Of a DNA stretch of 64,000 nt, positions 52,450 to 62,076 are shown piece after piece (within the stretch, counting starts at the first letter, position 1; the number at the start of each line of letters is the position of its first letter). The position numbers and the translations under genes are program-made. Origin of the DNA: a virus; the IMG/VR virus record IMGVR_UViG_3300034683_000333. One strand, given 5' to 3'. The notes beneath the pieces are model-generated. The model had not been told where the DNA came from, made no database searches, and saw only the letters and a list, made by a program, of their open reading frames with translations.

Positions 52450-53337
52450 ATGGGTGCAAGAGTACGAAAGGCTTGTGTAAATTGGGTCATTCCACCGAAG
52501 CAGGCGGCAACTGCATCACCTGAAAATCGTGTTATCTCAATTTCAAGACACAGGTTGGAAAATCAATTGACTGGTGTTTCAAAATCCCTTAAGGATGGCG
52601 GTGTTCAATTCAGCCATGATGATTTCAATCTCAATCTACCAGATATAAACGTTGCTGAAGAGTTGAGTCGCAACGGCACATTTTTCTTATCCAGGTTCGT
52701 GAATGGGAGTGCTCTATGTAACGTTTACATGGCAAAAGATTTCCAAACGGGTCAACCTATGCCATTTGTAACCATGACGAGCAAGGATAAGCGGTATTTT
52801 CTTTTGATTTCCAACAAAAACAAAAAAGATTATGAAATCTACAACGACCGTGGTTATTATATTGGATATGTTCCGTACAATGTCGAAGGGTTTAAGTTTG
52901 TAACGCTCGGTCAATTGGCGGAAGACAGTTAGCTTCCCATTTATGTGAAGTCTGGTAAGATCGTGTTTAATCGGGAAAATGAGAGTTTGTGGTACGACGC
53001 ACTGAACTATTATCTGTTTAGTGATAAGTCCAACGAAATCATTGATTACCGACGACTTTACAAGATTGAGACGGAAGATTATAGTTTCATCGTCAAATAC
53101 TCCAACATTTTCTTTGACAGACAAGGCGAGTTTTTGATTCGACGCAGTTATTTAACCGAGGACGGTAAACTCAATGTTACCAGGCTTCGCAATCTCAAGG
53201 AATATGAGGATAGATCTGATGGGGTTGGTGGTTTTCTATATGTCAACAACACGTTTCAAATAAATGTGTTGTATAGGGAAAAGAAAACTGATGTGCGTAA
53301 AGCAGTTGGTTATAGCTACGTTAAGGTTTTGGTATAA
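52450..53337 (+). CDS. hypothetical protein; TAG at 52930-52932 read through
   Basis: Track ORFs 52402..52932 and 52945..53337 are in frame (AEDS*LPIYVKSG); SD AAGGAGG before ATG 52450. Confidence 0.75.
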
Positions 53338-54007
53338 GATAAAGTATTTTGTCGTGCGACGATTTGATGCTTGTCGTGAAATCGTCGCACGACGATTTCT
53401 TATTCCACGTTTTGGTACATATTATAAAAAAAGATTTATTCGAAAAGTAGCGTGGAGGTTGTCTAAAGAATTAACTAAAAACAAATGTGGGTATTGTATT
53501 ATTGTTCATTATTATAATTCGAAACTTCTAAACAATTATAAAAATATTTTTGAGCATTTGGGTGTTCCATCGGAAGATCTTGAGTGTGGTTTTGTTCGTT
53601 CGGTGAAACCTTTTTATCCAGGAGAACCAGCTTATATTGTTTACATTAACGAGAACAACGTTGATTATCTTATTACCTTCATTCATGAAATTGGTCATAT
53701 TATTTTAAATAACGAGCGTTGTTTACGTAAGTATCTTCATGGAGTTGAATATGAAGATACTTATAATTATGTGAATAAGTTTGATAGGCATTATACATAT
53801 AAACGAAAGTGCAATGAATATTATGCTGATGTTGCTGGATTTAATTTTGTTAAAAGTTATGTTTCAAAATTTTATGAAATGTTTATTTTTCATGATATGG
53901 TAAAGATGCAACAAATAATCCAATACAGGGAACAAGATATTTTATTTTTGGAGGAAATTCATGAGAACTATGAGCGACCTAGAGACTGCAATCTCAATGG
54001 GTTATAG
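53264..54007 (+). CDS. HEXXH zincin-like metallopeptidase
   Basis: FIHEIGHII followed by EYYAD. Confidence 0.6.
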   Translation: MCCIGKRKLMCVKQLVIATLRFWYKIKYFVVRRFDACREIVARRFLIPRFGTYYKKRFIRKVAWRLSKELTKNKCGYCIIVHYYNSKLLNNYKNIFEHLGVPSEDLECGFVRSVKPFYPGEPAYIVYINENNVDYLITFIHEIGHIILNNERCLRKYLHGVEYEDTYNYVNKFDRHYTYKRKCNEYYADVAGFNFVKSYVSKFYEMFIFHDMVKMQQIIQYREQDILFLEEIHENYERPRDCNLNGL

Positions 54008-54179
54008 ATGTCGCATTTATTACATGTGCCGAGAGTGCAACAATTTTTGCTTCACACAGGATGTTGATAGCCACGAGAGCGTGATTTCGAGTATGCTAAA
54101 AGGCTGTCCACTTTGTTCTTCGACGGAAGGTGTTGAAATTCTCGTTTAGGAAACGTTAGATAACACAGAGGATCATTGA
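53961..54179 (+). CDS. small Zn-ribbon protein (TAG 54147-54149 probably read through)
   Basis: CREC..CPLC; readthrough ends at a TGA overlapping the next start. Confidence 0.55.
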
Positions 54180-54880
54180 TGAGGCTTGATTATCCGACAT
54201 TTCCCAGGCTTATCGGATTTGCTGGTAAAATGGGATCTGGTAAGACAACAGTTTCTCATTGGGTTGTTAACTACCTAAATTCAGTTCTTGATCAGAACTA
54301 CAGAGTCGAAAGCTTTGCCACCCCGTTACGCAACGTCGTTTCTTCGATTATTGGTATTGATATAAAAACATACAAACATAATACTGTTCCAGTAAGCGAT
54401 TATATTAGAAATGAATTTTATTATCGAGTAATCCAACATATTGATAAGAACAATTTTAGTGTACCAGTTGAAAAGATAATAGATTTTAAGAGAAAAATGA
54501 ATAATGTTAATGTATACAATGATATGTATAGACTTCTGTTGCAGTTTGTTGGTACGGATGTGTACCGCCATTGTGTTGATATGGATTATTGGGTGAAAGA
54601 AACGGCTAAGCTAACAGATTCCAAGCAAGTTGTTTTTGATGACGTGAGATTTAAGAATGAAACATTTTTCATAAAGTCCAATGGTGGAGTTGTTGTTTAT
54701 CTTATAACTAACGATAGTAATGAAACATTCAACCCATCCCACGAAAGTGAAAATAACATTACACAAAGTGATTGTGATTTTATTTTTTTCAACGAGAAAT
54801 GCAATGATCCAGACGTTGTAAAAATTGTAACTCGTTCGTTTGTGAAGACCCTAATCGACTATCTTATCGAAGCTTCGTAA
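54176..54880 (+). CDS. deoxynucleoside monophosphate kinase
   Basis: GFAGKMGSGKTT, SFATPL, RLLLQFVGTD, DDVRFKNE. Confidence 0.88.
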   Translation: MMRLDYPTFPRLIGFAGKMGSGKTTVSHWVVNYLNSVLDQNYRVESFATPLRNVVSSIIGIDIKTYKHNTVPVSDYIRNEFYYRVIQHIDKNNFSVPVEKIIDFKRKMNNVNVYNDMYRLLLQFVGTDVYRHCVDMDYWVKETAKLTDSKQVVFDDVRFKNETFFIKSNGGVVVYLITNDSNETFNPSHESENNITQSDCDFIFFNEKCNDPDVVKIVTRSFVKTLIDYLIEAS

Positions 54881-54949
54881 AATATATACAAATTGAGTCC
54901 GAGTTGAAAAATTCAACTCATTAACAACAAAAAATAAGGAGGATTGCAA

Positions 54950-55156
54950 ATGGAAGGTTTCGCACAGGTTGAAAGGAATGATGTTAACGGTCTCTATGAT
55001 GAAATCCACAAGGTGATGGATGATCTACGCCTGGAGATGGACAAGTTCGTCGAAAAGCACAATAAGGCGGCTGGCAGGCGAAGCCGAAAGGCCACACTGA
55101 CCCTGGAAAAGTTATTCAAACAGTGGAGAAAGGCTACCGTCGAGGCATCGAAGTAA
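54950..55156 (+). CDS. histone H1-like protein, Hc1 family
   Basis: NKAAGRRSRKATLTLEKLFKQWRK; SD AAGGAGG. Confidence 0.85.
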   Translation: MEGFAQVERNDVNGLYDEIHKVMDDLRLEMDKFVEKHNKAAGRRSRKATLTLEKLFKQWRKATVEASK

Positions 55157-55193
55157 ATACATTATATTTATCTTACATTTTGATGATTGAATG

Positions 55194-55223
55194 TGGGGAG
55201 ATAGTACATCTCCCCATTTTTTA
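55194..55223 (+). terminator. intrinsic terminator after Hc1
   Basis: TGGGGAGAT/ATCTCCCCA plus T run. Confidence 0.75.
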
Positions 55224-55248
55224 TGGTCAACTAATTCATTGAAACACC

Positions 55249-55602
55249 TTGGGGGGTAAACAAATCATGAAAAATAAGTTAAAAGTTCTTATCTTTTGTG
55301 ATCCAAGCGTTACAGTTATTAACGAGTCAATAGGAAACATATTAAAAAGTATGTCGTTAAAATATAAAATGGATATGAATCAGTTTGTGGTTATTTGTCC
55401 AAATAATGTTGAAAGGTTGCGTGGTTACTTGAAAGATCGGGGTTTGGTCATTAAAGCATACAATCCCAACATGCTACAATCTGTTATAAAATTTGCAAAT
55501 TATTGTATTTTCTATAAATCAGACAATGTGAAGGAAGTCGTTGATCAAGCACGAAGTAGTGCTGAAAAACTAAAGATCCCGTTTGCGGTGGAGATAGTCT
55601 AA
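55249..55602 (+). CDS. hypothetical protein
   Basis: Open frame, TAATG coupling to the next gene. Confidence 0.6.
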   Translation: MGGKQIMKNKLKVLIFCDPSVTVINESIGNILKSMSLKYKMDMNQFVVICPNNVERLRGYLKDRGLVIKAYNPNMLQSVIKFANYCIFYKSDNVKEVVDQARSSAEKLKIPFAVEIV

Positions 55603-56237
55603 TGGCAAAAAAGTACATTCGTAAAGGTCCAGGTCGTCGTATTCGTGATCCTTATGGCGTTGAACGTGTCGATGAGAAAGGCGTGAAACGTCTCTATTAT
55701 TATTCTAGAAACACGGTCAGGAATGTGTTTTCAAGGTTTGTGAGAACGGACTACGATGGTGAAATCCACCTTGAAAAAAATCGAGAACTCATAAACAATT
55801 TTTATGATCGAATTGAGGACTACCACAAGACGAAGGACCCTAAAAAACTCGAATTTCTTACCGAAAATATTTCTCATGTATTGACGAACAAGCGTGATCC
55901 AAAATGGATCATGTCATCCAAAATTTTGGTTGTCGCATCGGATGATTTTTACCGAAACATTTCAAATGGTCTGAAGAAGCTCCTTAAAACCATGGAGGAT
56001 GTCCATCTCGTTAAGGTGGACGATGATGCACTGAAGCAGATTCCACCTCACCAGCGTGTGGACTATTTGAATCGTTTAGTGGATGAATCCTTTAAAAAGA
56101 ACATAGATAAACTGAAGAGTGGAAAGTGGATCGTCTTAACAGATGTTTGGACGGCTGTTATTGTAAAGCCTTGGGTTGAGGAAATGAAAATGCGTGATAT
56201 TGATGTTGAAGCCGTTTATCTATTTTCGTCTAACTGA
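55602..56237 (+). CDS. hypothetical protein
   Basis: 211-codon ORF. Confidence 0.7.
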   Translation: MAKKYIRKGPGRRIRDPYGVERVDEKGVKRLYYYSRNTVRNVFSRFVRTDYDGEIHLEKNRELINNFYDRIEDYHKTKDPKKLEFLTENISHVLTNKRDPKWIMSSKILVVASDDFYRNISNGLKKLLKTMEDVHLVKVDDDALKQIPPHQRVDYLNRLVDESFKKNIDKLKSGKWIVLTDVWTAVIVKPWVEEMKMRDIDVEAVYLFSSN

Positions 56238-56244
56238 TATATCA

Positions 56245-56661
56245 TTAATCAAGATATTTATATTCTAGAAATACGATTGAGCCGAGGTATTTGACAGCCA
56301 AGTAATAACCTAGTGCAATGACATTACGCATTCTTTTTATCTATTTATACTTGCTTTTCTGGTTAATGATCAACAAAAGATTTGTGTGGAAAACTTTGTC
56401 AGAAAGTTTTTTGTCATCGAAATCTTCGGCAAAAAACCACATGAAATCGTGGACACGACAAGCGTCGGTGACACAAAGACCAAGAATCTTGTCGGGTATA
56501 AATTTATCACCCAATTTGTTGGGACCACATCCACCGGCGATTTGGTTAATTTCGTCTTCAGAAAGTCTATTCTACAGTTCCGGTAGCAAAAGTTTTACGT
56601 CACCGACGTATTTACTATTGTAATTTACAAGATCAATTTTCCAATTTTGTAATTTTCCCAT
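56245..56661 (-). CDS. phospholipase A2-like (CG..HD) protein; TAGs at 56572-56574 and 56341-56343
   Basis: Missing from the ORF track. SD AGAGGA plus ATG 56661; GGCGP..IPDKILGL..DACRVHD..DKVF..GYYLAVKYLG. Confidence 0.75.
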
Positions 56662-56731
56662 TGGCTAATTGTCCTCTATGGTTTTTTTGAATTAGTGCAC
56701 TAATTTTTTTGTAAAACATTAAACTTCGTTT

Positions 56732-57433
56732 TTGTTTCAACAAGGAGAGGATATGGATATTACGACTGTATATGGACACCTAACTAAATATTTAATGTCA
56801 ATTGAGAATAACGGGCTAAATCCAATAACGTTGGTAGATATACAATTCGTCAACGATAATGAATTGTCGTCAAATTCATTGTATTTCGAATTGATAAATA
56901 CATTACCACTCACCATCATTGGAAATACAACATTAGATGTTTTGTATCATGTGTATTCATTATCAACGATAGATTTTACAACAGATGCAACTTTTCTTTT
57001 TACATTCAACGTATACGATGCAACAGATCTTACAACTATTGTAGATACCACTGTCGATACATATACATTTCAAGTGATCAATGAGTCGTTTTTTGCGGAC
57101 GATTCATTAAATAAGCGTAGAAGATCCAAGCTTCATCGACATTTTTTGCGATTGCCGGTTAATGGAGATACAACAATTTTTTCATTGGGGGAAAATAATA
57201 CCATTTCCTTATTGCCATTTAGTTCCCAAATGGAGTATAATAAGTTCCTACTTCGGTATGTTGATCAGTTCGCCGTGTTGATGAACAGCGTATCGGGTAG
57301 TATGATTCTGCTTAGTAGATCCTATTATGATAATAATGATTTGACTCTTAAGTATATCGTGCCTGCATCAGAAATTGATAGCGTTGTGGGGTTTGTATAT
57401 GATTACGCCTACCTATTCTTCTCGGAAATTTAA
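56732..57433 (+). CDS. hypothetical (possibly virion) protein
   Basis: SD AGGAGAGG before ATG about 56752. Confidence 0.65.
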   Translation: MFQQGEDMDITTVYGHLTKYLMSIENNGLNPITLVDIQFVNDNELSSNSLYFELINTLPLTIIGNTTLDVLYHVYSLSTIDFTTDATFLFTFNVYDATDLTTIVDTTVDTYTFQVINESFFADDSLNKRRRSKLHRHFLRLPVNGDTTIFSLGENNTISLLPFSSQMEYNKFLLRYVDQFAVLMNSVSGSMILLSRSYYDNNDLTLKYIVPASEIDSVVGFVYDYAYLFFSEI

Positions 57434-57437
57434 CAAA

Positions 57438-57935
57438 ATGCATCTCGTTGATTCTGAAAAAATTGAACTTATCACGACTCCTGTTGTTAATGAGTTTGAA
57501 ATTTGTTGGTGGTATGATTTTGGAAAAAACATGATTGAATTTTGTGATTCTCAAAATGGAATTGGTTTGGCGGCTCCCCAGGTCGGAGTGTACAAGCGGA
57601 TTTTTGTTATGTGTACGAACGGGGTTTGGAAGGTGGTGATGAATCCTGCGATTCTTTCAACATCCGATCGAAAAGTGCGAGGTATTGAGGGGTGTCTTTC
57701 GTACCCAGGAAGGCTTTTCTTTGTGGATCGTTTTGATTGCGTTCATGTTGGGTATACGACTAAGGTGAATCATCTGGTGGAGTGGGTTGAAGAACGGCTT
57801 GATGGAATGGATGCCATTGTGTTTCAACACGAATACGATCATCTTTTTGGATTGACAGTTTCCCTTGTTGGGCGGGAGATTAAATCTCCCGCTGATGGGT
57901 CGTTTAATTCTCTTGGGCTTTTAGCTGTTTCTTGA
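57438..57935 (+). CDS. def: peptide deformylase
   Basis: GIGLAAPQVG, EGCLS, QHEYDHL. Confidence 0.95.
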   Translation: MHLVDSEKIELITTPVVNEFEICWWYDFGKNMIEFCDSQNGIGLAAPQVGVYKRIFVMCTNGVWKVVMNPAILSTSDRKVRGIEGCLSYPGRLFFVDRFDCVHVGYTTKVNHLVEWVEERLDGMDAIVFQHEYDHLFGLTVSLVGREIKSPADGSFNSLGLLAVS

Positions 57936-58389
57936 GAACTTCCAAAGCATTTCTTTGATGTTCAATGTGGGTTTTTAGCAGTTTCAGATCACAGGCATCG
58001 ATGGTTGTTGGTACAAACATGGCGTCGAGTGCGTTTGCGGCCACCACCAGTTCCGTTGAAGCGGCTGTAACAGCATTCACATGGGCCTGGAGAACGGTGA
58101 AGAAATCGCTATAGGTAAGTTGGTCATCCACGAGCAGAAGTTCCAGCGAGTTGAGAAAGGTTTCCACCTTTTCAACGGTTAGAACGTTCTTTTTTACGGC
58201 CTGAATGGTTACAATTTGCATGATGGAGTCCACCAACATCGGGTTTTCGAGCTTGGTGTAGATCAGGCTGTTTTCACAACCTTCTGGAATTGTGTTTTCC
58301 CGCATCTTACACCCGGTGGGCACCAATGCGAGCGCAATACAAGCGATCAACAGTAATATAACACTCATTTTTGACAGTTTGTAAAACAT
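57904..58389 (-). CDS. lipoprotein
   Basis: Basic N-terminus, hydrophobic stretch, lipobox-like PTGC. Confidence 0.7.
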   Translation of the reverse strand: MFYKLSKMSVILLLIACIALALVPTGCKMRENTIPEGCENSLIYTKLENPMLVDSIMQIVTIQAVKKNVLTVEKVETFLNSLELLLVDDQLTYSDFFTVLQAHVNAVTAASTELVVAANALDAMFVPTTIDACDLKLLKTHIEHQRNALEVLKKQLKAQEN

Positions 58390-58567
58390 TTTTTTAATCC
58401 TCCTTTTTATTTGTTTTTATTTCTGATTTTTTAATCTGAAGGTACTCATTTCCAGTTTCTTCATCTTTTATTTTTGTTACATATCCAGGTACTTTGTTTT
58501 TTCTAATATAATGCAATAAAAACCTAATTTTCCAAAGTTCTCTACTCATATAATTAGTCTTACATTT

Positions 58568-58948
58568 TTATATTTCGATAACATCAATGTAAGGATAACT
58601 GGATATGCTGTAGTAAACACGTTTAATCCCAACGTGGGAGATATAATTCATACACCACAAACATGGTTTGGCCTTTAGAAACCTTCCATTTTTGTTAACT
58701 CTTACCACAACCATTTCACATCCATTAAGATCGTGTCGTGCATTTAGAATGGCATCCGCTTCGGCATGAATCGAGGTGTCCCATTTTTTCTACTTTGGGT
58801 GGAGTTTTCTTCTCCAGGAAGTTGTCTTGTTGAACCCATTACTGATGATCCGTTTACCCTTAAAAATGACGGCACCCAACTTATGACGATGATTAGATTT
58901 TTGAGATTCACGAACGGCCATTTCAATTTTGGTTTGGTGCTTACTCAA
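58568..58948 (-). CDS. second Zn-dependent nucleotide deaminase (CDA fold); TAG at 58790-58792 read through; start uncertain
   Basis: HKLGAVIFKG..NGFN..HPK*KKWDTSIHAEADAI..VVVRVNKNG..AKPCLWC; HAE and PCxxC lie downstream of the TAG. Confidence 0.85.
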
Positions 58949-58967
58949 AAACGCACGAATTGTGTCA

Positions 58968-59213
58968 TTACAACTAAGAGAAGAGTCGGTCCCAGAAGCT
59001 TTCCCATTCATCGATGAAATCCTCACTATTTTTTTCTGCCCTTTCGATAGCAACTTCGATTGCCTTTTTTGTGAAAAGAGCTTTTCTGATCGTTCCATTT
59101 TCTTCTTCAATGATTACTGGGACATATTCTTTTGCCGATCCGAACTTACGAAGCTTGTTCGGTATGATTTGCTTTAATGTTATAAAACTTTTAACATCAA
59201 TCTCCTTTTTCAT
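58968..59213 (-). CDS. hypothetical protein (TAG 58974-58976, TAA two codons later)
   Basis: SD AGGAG; ..WDRLFS*L-TAA. Confidence 0.6.
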
Positions 59214-59225
59214 CGTTATTCTCCT

Positions 59226-59840
59226 TTACCATCTTTTCCAGGCTTTTACCCAAGACCTTCTAAGAGGATATATTTTCTAGAATATATAACGGTTCAGTTT
59301 AGTAATATCCTATTTCTCGTCTTCATCCTCTTTATCTTTGTTCTAGGCTCTTGCACTATCTTTTATTATCTTTTGAAACTTTTTTTGTTTAATAAATTCA
59401 AAAATATCTGCTTCAATAGTTTTTTCATTGATTTTTTCAATGTTTTTTTGAATGTTTGGTGTAAATAAATTATAGAACATCAAAACAATAGGTATTTTGT
59501 AGTATAATGTATTGTTAGATATATCACCAAAATAAGTCGTGCTGTCCTCAAATGTCAATAGTTTTGTTACAATGTCTGCTGAACTCATATCCATAAAAAA
59601 CGATACATATTCATTTGTAAACACATTTTCATTTTCCAGTTTTTCATTTGGGTGTTGCTCTTTCTAATCAATATATTTCATGAGTATATTGTCTAATATT
59701 GTATACAGCTTTTCATATTCATTAAAAAATTGTTCTAATGATGAAGATTTGTTTATAATATTCTTCATACGTGTTGTAAGTTCTTTACTTCCATTTGTTG
59801 CGGATAGCAACCGGATAATCGCCTTTGTTTCTTTTTGCAT
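59226..59840 (-). CDS. hypothetical protein with four in-frame TAGs (59664, 59343, 59310, 59277)
   Basis: SD GAGG plus ATG 59840; a single frame fills the whole gap to TAA 59226. Confidence 0.78.
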
Positions 59841-59843
59841 TGT

Positions 59844-60227
59844 TCAATCCCTCATATAGGTAGCTGGATTTTTAATAATTGAAATTATTCGATTTTTATC
59901 TGATATGTTAAATATTTTAGAAATGTGCTCAACTACGATTCTCGATGTCAACATGTTATATACACTTTCTCCAATCGAGTATGGGTTGCTACTGTAGATG
60001 GATTGCGAGTAGATAGCGATTTTGTCCGGTTCTAGGTAAAGTTTTAGAACTTCTTCTTCCACAAACAACAACAATTCCAGGATATCAGTTTTATCATTCA
60101 TTTTCAATAGGTGTTCCTTGATTTCACTCGCAAAACGCATTCCATTTATATTAAATAGTGTGTTTTCTATTGTAGTATCAATTTTATCCATTGTCGTTTT
60201 CTCCAAGTCCAGAAACAACGTGTTCAA
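59844..60227 (-). CDS. hypothetical protein
   Basis: Co-oriented operon member. Confidence 0.65.
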   Translation of the reverse strand: MNTLFLDLEKTTMDKIDTTIENTLFNINGMRFASEIKEHLLKMNDKTDILELLLFVEEEVLKLYLEPDKIAIYSQSIYSSNPYSIGESVYNMLTSRIVVEHISKIFNISDKNRIISIIKNPATYMRD

Positions 60228-61980
60228 ATTCCTTGTAGATTTTATATTTTATTTTATTTGTAACTGATTTGATGTTTCGCATAACGGAATCGTCTTGTCG
60301 ATGGATCTTGTGGATTGGGGATTCGTATGTAAACGTCTTGGCCTTGGATACCAAAGTGGGAATCTCCCTTTTCAACTCTTTCATTGTGACTTTTTCAATT
60401 GTATCTTCTTCAATTAGATTTTTTGCAATGGATTTGAGCCTTCCAATGTCTTTAATTTTTCCATTTCGCACACCCTCCTTTATTACATCCAATCGAAATT
60501 GAATATCTGGTACTATTTTACTATTGGAGATCATTTGTGTATGAGTGTTTGTTATATTTAACACATTTTGTTCAACTTTCTGAGGATCTACAAGCATCTG
60601 TTTGGAATCCATATATTGCAGTAGTTTTTTTATAAAAGTCAAATCACGTTCATCTTGACCATAAACCTTCCAGTGATCGAAGTTTGTAATCTTCTCATCA
60701 TCGAGAAGAGTTAGAAATATTCTAGCTGTTTTCTTATATAGACCATTTTTGGGTCGTTCATTTCCGATGTAAACAATAAAATCTCCAATCTCGTCGAGGT
60801 AGTATGTTTGTGGTATGTTGATGTTGTGTTCATTGACGTTTACGTTTCCATCCTTGGTAAGTGCAATACACGTATCCAGATAACCATCATGGCTGGCTGA
60901 CAAAAAATCAAGTGGATTCACACTTACATACACAAGACGTTTATGTTTTGTCTTTCTCGGGTCTACAATGTCCCACAAAATCAACGAAAATGTGTGAATT
61001 GTTTTGTGGATAGCGTCGTTTTCATCAAGGTCGGTATAAAAGATTGGAATACATCCATGTTTTCCAATGTAATCCAGAGTTGGAAGGACTTTGCCCTTGG
61101 GGAGCTTGGAAAGAATCGAAACAACCGGGTGTTCCTCGCCAAATTGGGTTTTTATGTTGCCTAGCCACTTACTCGGATCACTACTGATGTTCCATCCATT
61201 GGAGATGAAAAATTCCTGGATTTCATTGATATGTGTGCGTTTTATTGGTTGGATTAATCCAGAGTCGGCAAAGCGTTTGTTAAATAGTGTTCTCAACAGA
61301 AGAATCGGTCCAATTTTGGACGTAAATTGTTTTTTCGTCGTTTTTTGTTCACGTATAAACAAAACAAGATTTTTGAAGAAATCTGGTTCAAAAGATGTAA
61401 AATCTGCAAATAATTCTTTCAATTTGTCGTTTCGTTTGGATATGCTTTGTCTAAACTGCTTAAACATCTTTTCATTGATGATTTGAGCAATTTCATCACC
61501 GGATTCGTTATAAGATGTTTCCTACCAAAAACGAAATACAAAATTGTTGATTCGTTCAATTTTTGAATCGATGGTATTTTTAAATATGCGTTCCAACTCC
61601 ACTGACCTATTATATAGATTTGAAACATAGTTATCCGAAACAATTTTTTTATAGAATGTTGTCGAATCTTTTATGTATTCTCCCCATCCGGTTTCATTTA
61701 TGGATTCTATACATTGTGTTAGAAGTCCCGTTCCATTTAATGCCGGTTCATCACAGAAATGACGTTTTCCCATTTTGTAAAGTTTCAAAATTCCTTGTTC
61801 TACCTTTTCGACGTTGTTCTCTTCTAATGCTTCGGATACTTCCTTTACAGCATTTTGCATATCACCCCAATGAGGGATACTTTTTTCCGGGTCAATTGGA
61901 ACAATTTTCTGATAACCGGAAACAAATTTACCTTCACGTAGGTGAGGTCTAAAATATATATTCTTCAAGATCTTTGCCAT
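60184..61980 (-). CDS. hypothetical 598-aa protein; TAG at 61522-61524 read through
   Basis: Track ORFs 61522..61980 and 60184..61467 are in frame (VFRFW*ETSYNESG). Confidence 0.78.
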
Positions 61981-62076
61981 AAGACACCTTTCGTTTGAAT
62001 AGGGTGTTTTGTAAATTAGTTTGGATGCTCAATATTTATTTTTTAAGAACTATATATTCTAAAAAGGGGGTATAGA

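Noticed and set aside
56318-56623. Plus-strand ORFs 56318..56623 and 56386..56586
   Set aside because: They are antisense to the recoded PLA2-like gene, which has an SD and family motifs.
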